The translations under genes and the position numbers were made by a program. A stretch of 38,651 nt of DNA from a virus (lineage: Duplodnaviria; Caudoviricetes): positions 1-38,651 of the IMG/VR virus record IMGVR_UViG_3300017700_000457; one strand, written 5' to 3'. Shown here piece by piece: positions 8,777-18,884 of this stretch. The notes under the pieces were generated by a model. The model did not search any database. It saw only the letters and a list, made by a program, of their open reading frames with translations, and was not told the origin of the DNA. Within the stretch, counting starts at the first letter, position 1. Every line of letters starts with the position of its first letter.

Positions 8777-8850
8777 TTCTTCGGCGGCTTCTTCGGCGTG
8801 GTCTTCGGCTTCGGTGGTTCGCCGTTGCCGGCCATTTGAATCTGATGCAT
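8773..8850 (-). CDS. 25-aa Pro/Lys-rich peptide MHQIQMAGNGEPPKPKTTPKKPPKK
   Basis: AAAGGAG SD 7 nt before the ATG; its TGA overlaps the ATG of the 4-TM gene (ATGA). Confidence 0.75.
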   Translation of the reverse strand: MHQIQMAGNGEPPKPKTTPKKPPKK

Positions 8851-8896
8851 GGTAGTTCTCCTTTGGTTAAATCAATTTACTCGTTTAAACAGGGGT

Positions 8897-11122
8897 TTAG
8901 TCTTGGAACCAGACGCCCGAGCGGTTGACCAGCGAAATAGACTTGCCAGCCCCCACCACAACGTTAGCAGCCGTAGCCGTGTAGATCGTGACAGCGTTAT
9001 GCTGCACAGTGCAGCCGCTGCCGGTGGCAATGATCGTGATTCGCTGGCCGTCCTTGCCGTTGACAAAATTGGTGAACGTGTCGCCGGTAGTGGCGTTCAG
9101 GATGGCTGCTGCGGCGACGTTCGGCGTGGTCGTAGATGGTATTGTCACCACGCCAACATAGTAATCACCATTCACCTGCGCATACAGAGAACTTGCGCTG
9201 TTGAAGGCATTGGCGCCCATACCGTAGAACGTGTTTTCTCGCGCTGTGATTGTAAGAGGATTGTCAAGCGCGGGAGCGTACATAGGAAACGAGGTGCTTG
9301 CGAACGTCGTTGTGTTCACAAATTCATTGTTGCATAGATCGATATTTTTCGAGCGCAGCCCCTGGGTGGCAAAACTCATAACCGTCATGCGCTGCGGAGC
9401 GCCAGCCAGAAGATTCCCGGTATTGTGAAAATAATTCATCTTCACAGAACCACCAAGAATACCGCCGAAGAACACAATCGGCGTGTCAAAAATCGTGCCT
9501 TCGATGCGCCAGTCTCGGACCTTGTTGCCGTTCATAGTCAAGTTTTCAATAGGGTATCGCCCGACACCGCCGTCATCGTAGCCGATTAGCGCCTGTGCAT
9601 TTGATGCTCCAACATCATTGCGGGAGATATCCATTCCGCGCACACCGCCCACGTACCAGCGACGATTCATTACACCAACGCCGGAATCTTCCTGAACATT
9701 GTCTGTGAAGCTGGCATTGATCGGGCTGTCAGAGGCGACTGCGGTATGATCAGCGGCGCTGCGGCCAATAAAATAGAAATCGGACACTCCTGTAATATTG
9801 CGGAACGTGTTGCGGTACACGTGCATTTCTCGCGCTGGGACGGTCAGCGCTGCGCTCAAAGCAAAGCCGACAACGCCTGTTGCGCCGCCAATATCATCGA
9901 ACGTGTTGTCGTGGATGCGAATGTTTCGGATTTTTGCACTAGCCAAGATAGGCTCGATGTCGATAGCGCCAGGCATCGCCGGAGCAGCGGTGCGCGTCGT
10001 GCGGTAGATCGAATTATGGTGAATCGAAATGTTCGTACCTTCCAGAACCGATATTGCCTGCCGGTTGTCCTTGTTCACGCCGTCAAAGATGCAGCCAGAA
10101 ATTTCGACATCGTTGACGAAGGTTTCCAGCACAGCAGACAGCGTATTGTTGTCGTTGATGCCGAGCGTGATTGCATCGCCCGGCCAGCCGACAAAGCGAC
10201 CGTTGATGATTTTGCAGCGATTAACAGCGCCGATGTAGATCAGCGCCGTGTTTTCCAATGCCGCATTCCAGGCCGAGCCGGGCCGGGTGATGTACGGGTT
10301 GATAAAATTGATGTCGCGTGGCGCGCTTTCCAGACTGGTAACGGCCGCCAGAAGTCGCGTGGTGAACCCGATTACGCACGAAGGATCGAGGCGAACCTCG
10401 CCCAGCCCTGTCCATCGGTATGAAACGCCGCTTTCCAGCTTGATACCGTCTGTGATGCGCCCGCCGATGACGCCCCCACTACCCTTGAGTAGCAGCACGC
10501 AATTTATGATTACTTCTCCACCGCCCAGCAAGAACATTGCATTGGTCGCCGCTTGCAGCGCCGCTGTGGCGTCTAGCGTAGGCGTGCCGGTGGCCGAGTC
10601 GGCAACCTGTTCTGCGGTCATGAAATCAGTAACGGACACGCGCTCGCGCAACTTTGACTGCACAGTTCGCGCATTCGCCCCTGCACCGCCCTGGATAAAG
10701 CCAATGAACGACGAGCCAGCGGACGTTGCCAAGTCTTGCAGCCATTTCCCGATGGTTCCGGCACTATACACAGCCGCATACAGAAAACCAAGCATACCCG
10801 CGCCAGTGCTTCCCGCTAAGTCAGCAGGAGATACAGCCGCGATAATGCCGTCGCGCGTCCAGATGGTTGCGCCCGTTCCGCTTTTGAGCACCAGCGTATA
10901 AGCAATGCCAGGGGTCAGGAACACGGATGCCTCGCCCCTTGTATCGAGCGTGACAGGGTTTGTGTTCGATGCGGACAATGGTGCATCGCTATACGTCGCC
11001 GCCAGCGTGACAGTCCCTGACAGGTACGTGTACAGACTGTAGCCGGCAGCAGGCTTGAGCGCGCCCGTAATCAGGTCTGGATAGTCCGCGATGAATTTGC
11101 CGCCGATGATTTGCTGTGTCAT
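8897..11122 (-). CDS. Tailspike/depolymerase: head-binding N-terminus plus right-handed beta-helix
   Basis: TNPVTLD.RG particle-binding motif; RTVQSKLRERVSV.DF and D.TAALQAA signatures; pectin-lyase-like repeats. Confidence 0.88.
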   Translation of the reverse strand: MTQQIIGGKFIADYPDLITGALKPAAGYSLYTYLSGTVTLAATYSDAPLSASNTNPVTLDTRGEASVFLTPGIAYTLVLKSGTGATIWTRDGIIAAVSPADLAGSTGAGMLGFLYAAVYSAGTIGKWLQDLATSAGSSFIGFIQGGAGANARTVQSKLRERVSVTDFMTAEQVADSATGTPTLDATAALQAATNAMFLLGGGEVIINCVLLLKGSGGVIGGRITDGIKLESGVSYRWTGLGEVRLDPSCVIGFTTRLLAAVTSLESAPRDINFINPYITRPGSAWNAALENTALIYIGAVNRCKIINGRFVGWPGDAITLGINDNNTLSAVLETFVNDVEISGCIFDGVNKDNRQAISVLEGTNISIHHNSIYRTTRTAAPAMPGAIDIEPILASAKIRNIRIHDNTFDDIGGATGVVGFALSAALTVPAREMHVYRNTFRNITGVSDFYFIGRSAADHTAVASDSPINASFTDNVQEDSGVGVMNRRWYVGGVRGMDISRNDVGASNAQALIGYDDGGVGRYPIENLTMNGNKVRDWRIEGTIFDTPIVFFGGILGGSVKMNYFHNTGNLLAGAPQRMTVMSFATQGLRSKNIDLCNNEFVNTTTFASTSFPMYAPALDNPLTITARENTFYGMGANAFNSASSLYAQVNGDYYVGVVTIPSTTTPNVAAAAILNATTGDTFTNFVNGKDGQRITIIATGSGCTVQHNAVTIYTATAANVVVGAGKSISLVNRSGVWFQD

Positions 11123-11129
11123 ATGTGCC

Positions 11130-13151
11130 CTAGTTGTTATCTGCTGCGTCTTGCAAGCGGTTGCTGCTCGGCTTTTGAGGATTCAATGCGTTATTTACAC
11201 GTTTTGTCATCGCCCTGGATTCCAGTTTCTTGGCTCCATAGCGCAGCGCATGCCCGATAACCGGCGTACCTCCAACCATACCTTCTGCGCGTGATAGCAC
11301 CCGCTCTAGCGCGCTGGCGGTGTTCGAACTGTTCACGGTGCCGGCTGGCGTAGTGTAAATGTCCGTTGCCACATCCAGCGTGTCGCGGATTTCCTGAGCG
11401 CCCTTTTTGCCGTACAGGTATTCCAGCTTTCCTTCGTCGTCCAGTTCGGAAATGATGGCCTTCATTTTCGCTTCTGACCCTACCGTCTTGCCTGCGCTGT
11501 TGGCGCCAGCATTGCTGAAAAGTCGCTTCTTAATATCGGCCATCGCCGCGCCGCGCAAATCGCGTGCGGCCTGCTGACCAGCCGCCACGATTTCCGGCGC
11601 GGTGCCGGCTGGGTGCGCTTCCAGAACGCGGAAGGCGTGTTTCATGTCGTCAAGACTTCCGTTACTGATGATGTGCTTTGCCACGTCCTCATACGCAACG
11701 GCGCGATCACTAGTACCACGCTTGGTACGCAGCATCTTGTCGATCACGTCACGGTCTGAAAATTCCTTCATCATGTTTTCGTTCAGCCGGCGCGCCTGCT
11801 GGTATTGCGGGCCTCCCTTGCCTTCGCTGATTTTATCGATCAGCTTGATCGCCTGCCCGCCGTAATGGCCGTTCGGCTTGCCAGGCTCGGATAGGTTGTT
11901 CACCATCTTGCGCAATTCTTCCATGTCGTTGAGCGAGATTTTCCCGGTGTTGCCGGCCAAGCGGTTGGCTTCGTCTTCGATTGAATGCAGAATTCCCGCG
12001 TTTCGGGCCGCAGATCGGTTCTTTCCAACGAAATCAAGGATAGGCTGCACATCGATCTGTTCGGCCATGTCGCCGCTTTCGCGTGCCGCTTTGTAAGCGG
12101 TATCGACTTCGGCTTTCTTGGCTGCCTTTTTAGCCTCAATCGCAGCAGTGACCGATTTCCCGGTCGCACGCCGGCTGACAGCTGTCGAACCTGTTTCCTC
12201 GATCAGCGCGTCCATGTGCCGACCCATGCCTTCGTTCAGATTCGCATAGCGTGCGTCCAGCGCTTTTCCTTCAGGTCGCTTGGCGGCTTCGCGCTCAAAC
12301 TGCACGTCATCAATCGACCGTGACAGAATCCCCTTTGTTGGGGTCATTGGAGCGCGCATGTTGGCAAAGCGCTGTGCGCGCAAAGCTTCCTCTGCGGTTG
12401 CCGCTGCGCCGACACCAGCCATTGCAGGCTTTGGTTCACGGACCAGATTAGCCAGTGAATTAACCGACAGTTTCGGAGCGCCTGCCACTAGTCCTGCGTC
12501 TTGAGCAGCCATTGCTGCGGCGTTTGTCCCGGCAATATTGCGCAGCACGTTCGCGTTTGCGCCAGCCGTGCGTGCCATCTGCAAACCTTGGGCGCCCGCG
12601 ATTCCTTGCAAGCCCTCCAAGGGTGCGACAAGTTGCCCAATACCTTGCAACCCGGCTTTGCCGCTATCTGTACGTGGCTGGTATGTCATGGCGCCGGCCA
12701 CCTGATCGGCTACCTGCTTTCCTTGCCTAACACCCTCTTGCGTGCCAAACTTGCCGCCAGTGATCGACCGACCAACACCCGCCAAGTTGCCCGCAATCTG
12801 GCCAACCAGCCCGGACCCGACCGTCATAAATGGCTCGACGGAACCAACCAATCGTCCAAGCATGTTGTCGTTGTTCGGCTGTACTGCGCCTTCGTTGCGC
12901 AGGCGTGCCGCGTTGTCGATATCCGCTTGCGTCGTTCGGCGCGTGGTTCCTGGCGCGTATCGGCCATCGGGGCCGGGGTCTGCCTCTACAGGCTCGCGCG
13001 ATGCACTTGGCAGGTAGGCGGAGCCAGTTGCAGGCGCAGCCAACTTGGAGACATCGTATCCATTGCGCGCAAGTTTAGCCGTCAAGTCGGCCTGGCTCAT
13101 ACCTTCAGGCACGCCCTTGATAACTGTTCCATCTGGCAGGCGAACGTCCAT
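11130..13151 (-). CDS. DNA ejection/internal virion protein (P22 gp16-like position)
   Basis: Ala/Gly-rich helical protein; third of three ejection-type genes. Confidence 0.7.
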   Translation of the reverse strand: MDVRLPDGTVIKGVPEGMSQADLTAKLARNGYDVSKLAAPATGSAYLPSASREPVEADPGPDGRYAPGTTRRTTQADIDNAARLRNEGAVQPNNDNMLGRLVGSVEPFMTVGSGLVGQIAGNLAGVGRSITGGKFGTQEGVRQGKQVADQVAGAMTYQPRTDSGKAGLQGIGQLVAPLEGLQGIAGAQGLQMARTAGANANVLRNIAGTNAAAMAAQDAGLVAGAPKLSVNSLANLVREPKPAMAGVGAAATAEEALRAQRFANMRAPMTPTKGILSRSIDDVQFEREAAKRPEGKALDARYANLNEGMGRHMDALIEETGSTAVSRRATGKSVTAAIEAKKAAKKAEVDTAYKAARESGDMAEQIDVQPILDFVGKNRSAARNAGILHSIEDEANRLAGNTGKISLNDMEELRKMVNNLSEPGKPNGHYGGQAIKLIDKISEGKGGPQYQQARRLNENMMKEFSDRDVIDKMLRTKRGTSDRAVAYEDVAKHIISNGSLDDMKHAFRVLEAHPAGTAPEIVAAGQQAARDLRGAAMADIKKRLFSNAGANSAGKTVGSEAKMKAIISELDDEGKLEYLYGKKGAQEIRDTLDVATDIYTTPAGTVNSSNTASALERVLSRAEGMVGGTPVIGHALRYGAKKLESRAMTKRVNNALNPQKPSSNRLQDAADNN

Positions 13152-14506
13152 TACTTTAAGTCTCCGAAGTTGACGACACCAGCAGCCGGCGCTCCATGAC
13201 CGCCTTTGTTATCACCGCCAATTTCGCCAGTGAGATGCCCGCGCACAACACGCGGCGCCCGTTTTGCGGCCTCAATTTCTGCCATCATCTGGTTGACTTT
13301 TGCCTCATACGATTGCTGGCTTTGCGCCTCAGCAAGCAGGCTGCGAGCGTGCTCGTTATCCGAAACTGTAGGCTTGTTGCCTCGCGCCATGGCGGACGCG
13401 TAGGCCGTTGCAAGTCCAAGATTGGCAGTTGCAAAGCGCGCAAGTGCAGGATCATTGGTCTGCGTGTTGAACATGATTTGCGCCTTGCCGAATGGCAGCA
13501 GGCCAGAACGTGCAACGTCCTTAGATGCGGCCAGTGCCAGCGGCGCCAGTTGCGCGGCTTCTTCGGCGGCGTTTTCCACGCGTGCGCTGATATTTCCAGT
13601 TGCACGCAAGCCAGTGCGCAAACCTTCCAGTTCGGCCGATTGTGCGGTGATTTGCTCCGGGCTTAAACCCTGGCGAATACTCTCGCGCGTAACAGCGTTT
13701 TGCACGGCTGTAAGGTTTGCCGCGCCTTGTGCGCCGCGCCCGATATTTGCAAGCCCGGTTCTATCGCCGCGAATTACTTGCTTTGCCAGGCGCTCAACGG
13801 TTTCAGGGTCGAAACTCGGCTCGATAGCGGTTTTTTCAGAGTCCCGCTTTTTATCATACGCCAGTCGCGCCGCCGCAGTATTTGCTGTCTGATTCTGCCC
13901 GCGAATCTGCACGCCACGGTTTGCCGCGTCGTTGGTCTTGTCGTATGCAAATTTGTCTGCGGATAATTGATCCGCTATCTTCTGGTGCTGCGCTGCAAGC
14001 TGCTCTTTCACGGGCATTGCTTGCTGCCGCTTACTCTCAACCAATTGAGGATCATAGGCGGCAGGCATTTGCGCGGCGGCTTCTGGTCCAAACAATTGGG
14101 CCGTCTGCGCGCGCGCCTGGTCCCATGTAGTTTGATCGCGCACGCCAGCCATAATTTGGCCTGACAACTCGAACTTCTTCATGTGGCTTTCAATCTCGGC
14201 TTTCTTGGTCTCAAGATCGGCTTTTGCCGCCTCGCGGGTGCCCTTACCGTATTTCTCAGCCTCGTCCAAAGCGCCAATATTATTCAGCGCTTGCTGGTTT
14301 GCGGCGCGATCAGTCCCGAATCCGGAAACAGCGCCGCGCAGCCGGTTAGCACTTTCCACGCCCCGCGTGTACTCATCGGCCTTCTGCTGCTGCAAGGACA
14401 GAGCAAGCTGGTTCTGCTGCCCCTGCATGCGCTCGTTGTCATAGTCCTGCACAGACTTTACAGGCTGCGCGAACTGTCGGTAGATGCTGCTATCAATTCC
14501 GCTCAT
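13151..14506 (-). CDS. DNA ejection protein (gp20-like position)
   Basis: Gln/Ala-rich coiled coil; synteny. Confidence 0.7.
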   Translation of the reverse strand: MSGIDSSIYRQFAQPVKSVQDYDNERMQGQQNQLALSLQQQKADEYTRGVESANRLRGAVSGFGTDRAANQQALNNIGALDEAEKYGKGTREAAKADLETKKAEIESHMKKFELSGQIMAGVRDQTTWDQARAQTAQLFGPEAAAQMPAAYDPQLVESKRQQAMPVKEQLAAQHQKIADQLSADKFAYDKTNDAANRGVQIRGQNQTANTAAARLAYDKKRDSEKTAIEPSFDPETVERLAKQVIRGDRTGLANIGRGAQGAANLTAVQNAVTRESIRQGLSPEQITAQSAELEGLRTGLRATGNISARVENAAEEAAQLAPLALAASKDVARSGLLPFGKAQIMFNTQTNDPALARFATANLGLATAYASAMARGNKPTVSDNEHARSLLAEAQSQQSYEAKVNQMMAEIEAAKRAPRVVRGHLTGEIGGDNKGGHGAPAAGVVNFGDLK

Positions 14507-15291
14507 CGCACTGGTCCAATAAAGTTATATTCACCTTGTTGCGGCGGGCGATTGCTGCTGCTGTTGCTGTAATTGCCCCACGCGCTAACGCCTTGATTCA
14601 ATGCATTCTGTAGAGCGTTCCCTTGCGACAGATAAGACGATGCGCGGGCATTGGCTGCTCCCATCGTGTTCTGGCCGTTGTTCATGGCGTTATTCATCAT
14701 AATCTGGCCATTCGCCCCGGCCATGGATGCGCCCTGCTGGCCGATTTGCGTAGTGGCCTGCTGCCCCGAACCAGCGATGCCTGAAAGGCGGTTAAACGTG
14801 TTGGTCTGGTCGTTGTTGTAGCGGTTGTATGCATCGCCGTATTTCGTGCTTGCGTAATCGCTGTTATACCGACTAGCCGCTTTCAACTGTGCTCCACTGT
14901 AGTACCCGCCGCGCGCTGCTGCGCCAGCGTCAAGCCCGCGCTGTCCCTGCTGCAATCCGAACTGATAGCCAGGCTCTTGCTCAAGTTTCGCTCCTGTGAA
15001 CGGCTGCATGAGCGAGCCAAATCCGCCAGCGCCAGTATCTGTGCCCAGTCCCATCAGCCCCTGGAGGCGGCTCCCCGCAAGGTTGCCGCGCTCCATCGTC
15101 GGCAACATATCCGTGCGGTTCTGGTCGTACTGGCGCCGATTTTCATCGAGAGCCGCAGCACTAGAAGCGTCATTTGATGCGTTCGCGGAATTTGCCGCCT
15201 GTGCCTGCGCTTTCGATGCCTTACTTGACGCGCTCACAGATACAGCAGTACCTAGTACCGAAGCGCCTACCGCTACCCATGCAACACTCAT
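14503..15291 (-). CDS. DNA ejection/pilot protein (gp7-like)
   Basis: Hydrophobic Gly/Ala/Ser N-terminus; PGYQF.LQQG and AAARGG..SGA.LKA motifs. Confidence 0.8.
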   Translation of the reverse strand: MSVAWVAVGASVLGTAVSVSASSKASKAQAQAANSANASNDASSAAALDENRRQYDQNRTDMLPTMERGNLAGSRLQGLMGLGTDTGAGGFGSLMQPFTGAKLEQEPGYQFGLQQGQRGLDAGAAARGGYYSGAQLKAASRYNSDYASTKYGDAYNRYNNDQTNTFNRLSGIAGSGQQATTQIGQQGASMAGANGQIMMNNAMNNGQNTMGAANARASSYLSQGNALQNALNQGVSAWGNYSNSSSNRPPQQGEYNFIGPVR

Positions 15292-15809
15292 AAGGCCCCC
15301 AAACGTTTATGTACTACATCTAATTCTTCAAAACTCTCACACGCTATTTCTGCCTCAATCTTCTGTATGTCCGTTTCATCAGTACGGAATACATTGATAA
15401 ATATCGTGTCCTCATGCGCATAGCCGATCTTCATCAGCCCAGCCGGGGATTGCACTGTGTAGCCAGCGCCAACCCTTGCGCACCCGGTCTCTGTCATCAC
15501 AGTGATATCGCCCTTTGCAACTATATTCATACATGCTTTTTTGTGTATCTTGCCAATAAGCAATTGGCCTTTTGGGATAAACAACTTCCTTGTATACACC
15601 CCGTCTTCAACATGGTGAGTGACTTCAAATTCTTTTTGACTACCTTCAAGTGACAGCAAATAGTCCTTAAACTCAAGAATATTTGCGCGTGTTTCAATTG
15701 CGCTTTCCCCACTCAAAAATGCTAGCGGGTTGTCTATAGCTGGCGCACGATTGACGGCGCGCTCATGAACAATGTTGACAGCAACTTTTTTGTTGGAATA
15801 GTCAGCCAT
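15288..15809 (-). CDS. Cupin-fold-like protein
   Basis: H..DGVY.R.LFIPKG..L.GKIHK and SPAG..K.GYAHEDT pattern; more AT-rich than neighbouring genes. Confidence 0.7.
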   Translation of the reverse strand: MADYSNKKVAVNIVHERAVNRAPAIDNPLAFLSGESAIETRANILEFKDYLLSLEGSQKEFEVTHHVEDGVYTRKLFIPKGQLLIGKIHKKACMNIVAKGDITVMTETGCARVGAGYTVQSPAGLMKIGYAHEDTIFINVFRTDETDIQKIEAEIACESFEELDVVHKRLGAL

Positions 15810-15810
15810 C

Positions 15811-16077
15811 TCAATCCGGTATAAACGTCATCGTTGGCGCAACCGCGTAGGTGACACGTATCTGATCGCCGGCCAGAACGCGGAAAGTCCCGGCAATCAA
15901 GCCGACTAAATAGAAACTTGCCGCCCTGCCATATTCTACTACTGTAACCGTTCCGCCGCTAACGATTACGGTGCCATTGGCGAGCGCCGTATAGGCATAG
16001 GGCGACGCGCCAGGCGTGATGCCCATGGCTGCGCCCTTGTTGCTGATTAACTCCGCCTTTTCGCCAATGTGCGGCAT
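15811..16077 (-). CDS. Small beta-rich virion protein
   Basis: SP..YTA...G.V.V.GG and GD...VTY..APT motifs; TAATG coupling. Confidence 0.65.
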   Translation of the reverse strand: MPHIGEKAELISNKGAAMGITPGASPYAYTALANGTVIVSGGTVTVVEYGRAASFYLVGLIAGTFRVLAGDQIRVTYAVAPTMTFIPD

Positions 16078-16415
16078 TAGGTCGTTACCTCGCGGCCTGA
16101 CGAACGGATCGTAAGCGAAGTAGCGGCGCTCGCAATCGTGCTGATGAAGTCGCCAGCGTTCAGCACATGGCCAACAATCTCGGGGAAGGTGTAAGTTTCG
16201 CCGGCTGCAATCGATTTAAGCTTGACGATCAAGTTTTGATTGCCTGCCGTATCGGCCACAGTGACAAGATTAATCGACAGCGTGATAGCACCCGCGCTGT
16301 AGTTGGTCGCGGTGAATTTGTCGATGATTGTTCGAACATTGGTCGCGGTGTATTGCGTGGTCTGCGCATTCTCTGCGATTTTTGACGCAACGAGTGTTTT
16401 AGCAGTGACAGTCAT
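16077..16415 (-). CDS. Small beta-sandwich tail-associated protein
   Basis: Thr-rich beta protein; synteny. Confidence 0.7.
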   Translation of the reverse strand: MTVTAKTLVASKIAENAQTTQYTATNVRTIIDKFTATNYSAGAITLSINLVTVADTAGNQNLIVKLKSIAAGETYTFPEIVGHVLNAGDFISTIASAATSLTIRSSGREVTT

Positions 16416-16795
16416 AGCATGGTTCCCTGTTTTACTTCGTTAATCTGTGCCATCAAGACGGCGATTTGCTCGCCCATATCCCGTACCTGCATTTGCAACG
16501 CTTCCACCTCGACCATGAGCACTTGCACAGGCGTTTGCGTCAAGTCGTCGGGAAATTGGTGGACATGCGCCGGCAGTTGCGAGAACTCGTTATCAATCGA
16601 GCGCGTGAACATTTCCAGTTCAGCTACTCCTGAGTCTTCCGGCATGGAGATATCAAGCTCGGTATTCGTCGGCGCTTCAATCCCGCCCAGGCGTATGAAC
16701 GTGTCGGAAAAGAATCTGTACCATTCGCGCGTAATTAAGCCGGTCTTCGGATCGACCATTGGAACGCGTGGCGGCTGGCGGTTGACAGTGCTCAT
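16412..16795 (-). CDS. Tail needle-like protein (gp26 position)
   Basis: VDP.TG..TREWYRFF N-terminus, C-terminal coiled coil; follows the gp10-like gene. Confidence 0.6.
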   Translation of the reverse strand: MSTVNRQPPRVPMVDPKTGLITREWYRFFSDTFIRLGGIEAPTNTELDISMPEDSGVAELEMFTRSIDNEFSQLPAHVHQFPDDLTQTPVQVLMVEVEALQMQVRDMGEQIAVLMAQINEVKQGTML

Positions 16796-18189
16796 TCGAC
16801 GTTTGCCCCCACGATGGCGAATTGCACATCCTCAGTGCAGCGGATATGCCAGCAGCGATCGTGCGCTTCGCCTAAGCGACGGTAAATCGTGCGGTTTCGC
16901 CGCTCACCAATCGCACCCATGCTGGCTGTGCGCCAGTTACCCCAGGCTATGCCGCCATCATTCGAGTAGCGCATCATCAGTTGCGGCGCGCTGCCATCAG
17001 GCTTGCCCTTGCCGATGACGCAATCGACTTGCAGAACCGCGAATAATTGGCGCTTGTAAGTTGGAGTGGCCTGGTGCGGGCTGATGCGATCACGTACAAG
17101 CACATCGCCCGCGTTCGTATTCGCTGTTGGGTCGTACTGGTAAATCTTGCCGCTTGCCGTGCCGATAAGGTGCTTGCCGAATGCATAGGCGTGGAACTGG
17201 CCGCGATGCTGGGCGTATTCACCAGCCGTCAATTCTGCGCGCTCGTGCCAGTTCCCGGTTCCAACATCAAAGCACAGGGTCGTGGTTAGCCCCGGCACGT
17301 TGAGGCAGTAAAACGAATGACCGTCTTGCTGATAGGTGTAGGCAACGGCGCCTGACAGGTCCGTGACCGATTGCAGCATTTCCTCAATAGCCTGCGTGCT
17401 GATCCGTACCGGCGTATATCCGGAAAGCTTCCACACGATGCCTCCGCCGCGCTCGTCGTTCCCGAGCCAGAAAACGGTATTGTCCAGCTTCTTGACGCTG
17501 AATGCGGCGCTAGTTCCTGTCTCGATCTTAGCGCCTTCATTGCGCGACAGTGGAAAGTCAGTGCCGCCCGTGTCGTCCCAAATCTCAATACCATTTTCGC
17601 CGAAGAAAAACACCTGGCCGTGATCAACAATATGCGTCACGATATTGTCAGGCGAGGACTCAGCCGAAGCGAAATCGAGCGTATCAATCAGGTTCGCGTC
17701 GTCAATACCCGATAGCGAAAACTGCTGCGAATCAGGCTTGACGTAGATCGCACGACCATTCAGCACCGACACGCGCACACTTCCATTGAAGGCAGGCGCA
17801 TTGATCGGCTCAAACACGTTCGACGCGAAATTACTGGTGTAACCGTATGGTCCATCAACAACAATCAATTCTGTGAGATTGAGCGCAATGTCAGCCGCGC
17901 CCGTGGTGGTTGTCAGCGTGCCCCGGCTGGTGATTGCGCCAGCACTGTCAATCTCGTTCAACGCGGGGCCGCTGACGACGTACAAGCGCCCATCCTTCGC
18001 CGTGCGCATCGCCCGAATCTCTGCGCCAGTGTCGGCGAACAGCACAAGTCCCGGAATGGATTGCAGGATCGCAGGCGCCTTGCCAGTGCCCGATTCCACG
18101 ATTGACGGGAACAGGTTCACCGACCGCTGTACGTCCGCCTTACGGACCCGCAGAAAGTAGGACGGGCCGACGATGGGAATCTGGCTCAT
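16792..18189 (-). CDS. Tail hub / packaged-DNA stabilisation protein (P22 gp10-like)
   Basis: 465 aa; FASAESSPD.IV, RIST.AIE, YQQDGH.FY, S.DGG..W motifs. Confidence 0.9.
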   Translation of the reverse strand: MSQIPIVGPSYFLRVRKADVQRSVNLFPSIVESGTGKAPAILQSIPGLVLFADTGAEIRAMRTAKDGRLYVVSGPALNEIDSAGAITSRGTLTTTTGAADIALNLTELIVVDGPYGYTSNFASNVFEPINAPAFNGSVRVSVLNGRAIYVKPDSQQFSLSGIDDANLIDTLDFASAESSPDNIVTHIVDHGQVFFFGENGIEIWDDTGGTDFPLSRNEGAKIETGTSAAFSVKKLDNTVFWLGNDERGGGIVWKLSGYTPVRISTQAIEEMLQSVTDLSGAVAYTYQQDGHSFYCLNVPGLTTTLCFDVGTGNWHERAELTAGEYAQHRGQFHAYAFGKHLIGTASGKIYQYDPTANTNAGDVLVRDRISPHQATPTYKRQLFAVLQVDCVIGKGKPDGSAPQLMMRYSNDGGIAWGNWRTASMGAIGERRNRTIYRRLGEAHDRCWHIRCTEDVQFAIVGANVE

Positions 18190-18881
18190 TGGTTATTCAG
18201 GATATTTATCCTGCCAATGTCGTTACCCGTGTTGCCAGGCAGCGGCGCGCAAAGGATCGGAACAACCACGTTTGCCCGCTTGAGCGTGCGCATGACATTA
18301 ACGTAGACGCGCGCCACAGTCGTAGATGCTTCTTTCTGGTACAGCGGCGCAAGTTCGATTGCCAGCGCGTACATCAGCGCCTTGGCGTAGCCTTGCGGCA
18401 AATCATACAGCGTGTCCAGATCAGCGAACGCGGTCAACTGGTTCAGCACGGTAATGCGGTAATCGGTTGAAGCCGGAACAGGCCACACGTACACGCTGCC
18501 TGTTGGTGAGCCAGCGTCGTAGTAAATCACCTCGGGGTCGCCGCTGCTCGACTTCATCGAAATGTCGCTGTACTCCTGATCCGTGACAACACGGAGAGGG
18601 TAATCAATGCTGCTGCGACGCCAAAATGCGGACTCGATGCGGATCGGGCGCGGCGTGTTGACCGTCATCAGCGGGCCAATGGTAGCCGACGCTCCCGAGA
18701 ACGTTACCGGCAGTTCAGTCAGGCTGAAGATGCTCAGGCGCTCAAGGTTCCACGCATCAACCATGTTGTTGAGCATGAACAATCCGTCGTCCGAGTCGGC
18801 AGACTGCATGGTTTCGGCAGGGTCAAGCACGCCTATAAGCTTCAAAGCGCCTTGAATCGTTGCGCGTGCTGTGACACCCAT
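18186..18881 (-). CDS. Head-tail adaptor (P22 gp4-like)
   Basis: I..AL..IGV, LN.M.D.W, Y..AL.Y.LA.ELAP.Y motifs. Confidence 0.85.
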   Translation of the reverse strand: MGVTARATIQGALKLIGVLDPAETMQSADSDDGLFMLNNMVDAWNLERLSIFSLTELPVTFSGASATIGPLMTVNTPRPIRIESAFWRRSSIDYPLRVVTDQEYSDISMKSSSGDPEVIYYDAGSPTGSVYVWPVPASTDYRITVLNQLTAFADLDTLYDLPQGYAKALMYALAIELAPLYQKEASTTVARVYVNVMRTLKRANVVVPILCAPLPGNTGNDIGRINILNNQ

Positions 18882-18884
18882 GAT

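Noticed and set aside
8897-11122. Diversity-generating retroelement or invertible tail cassette
   Set aside because: No reverse transcriptase, invertase or template/variable repeat pair seen.
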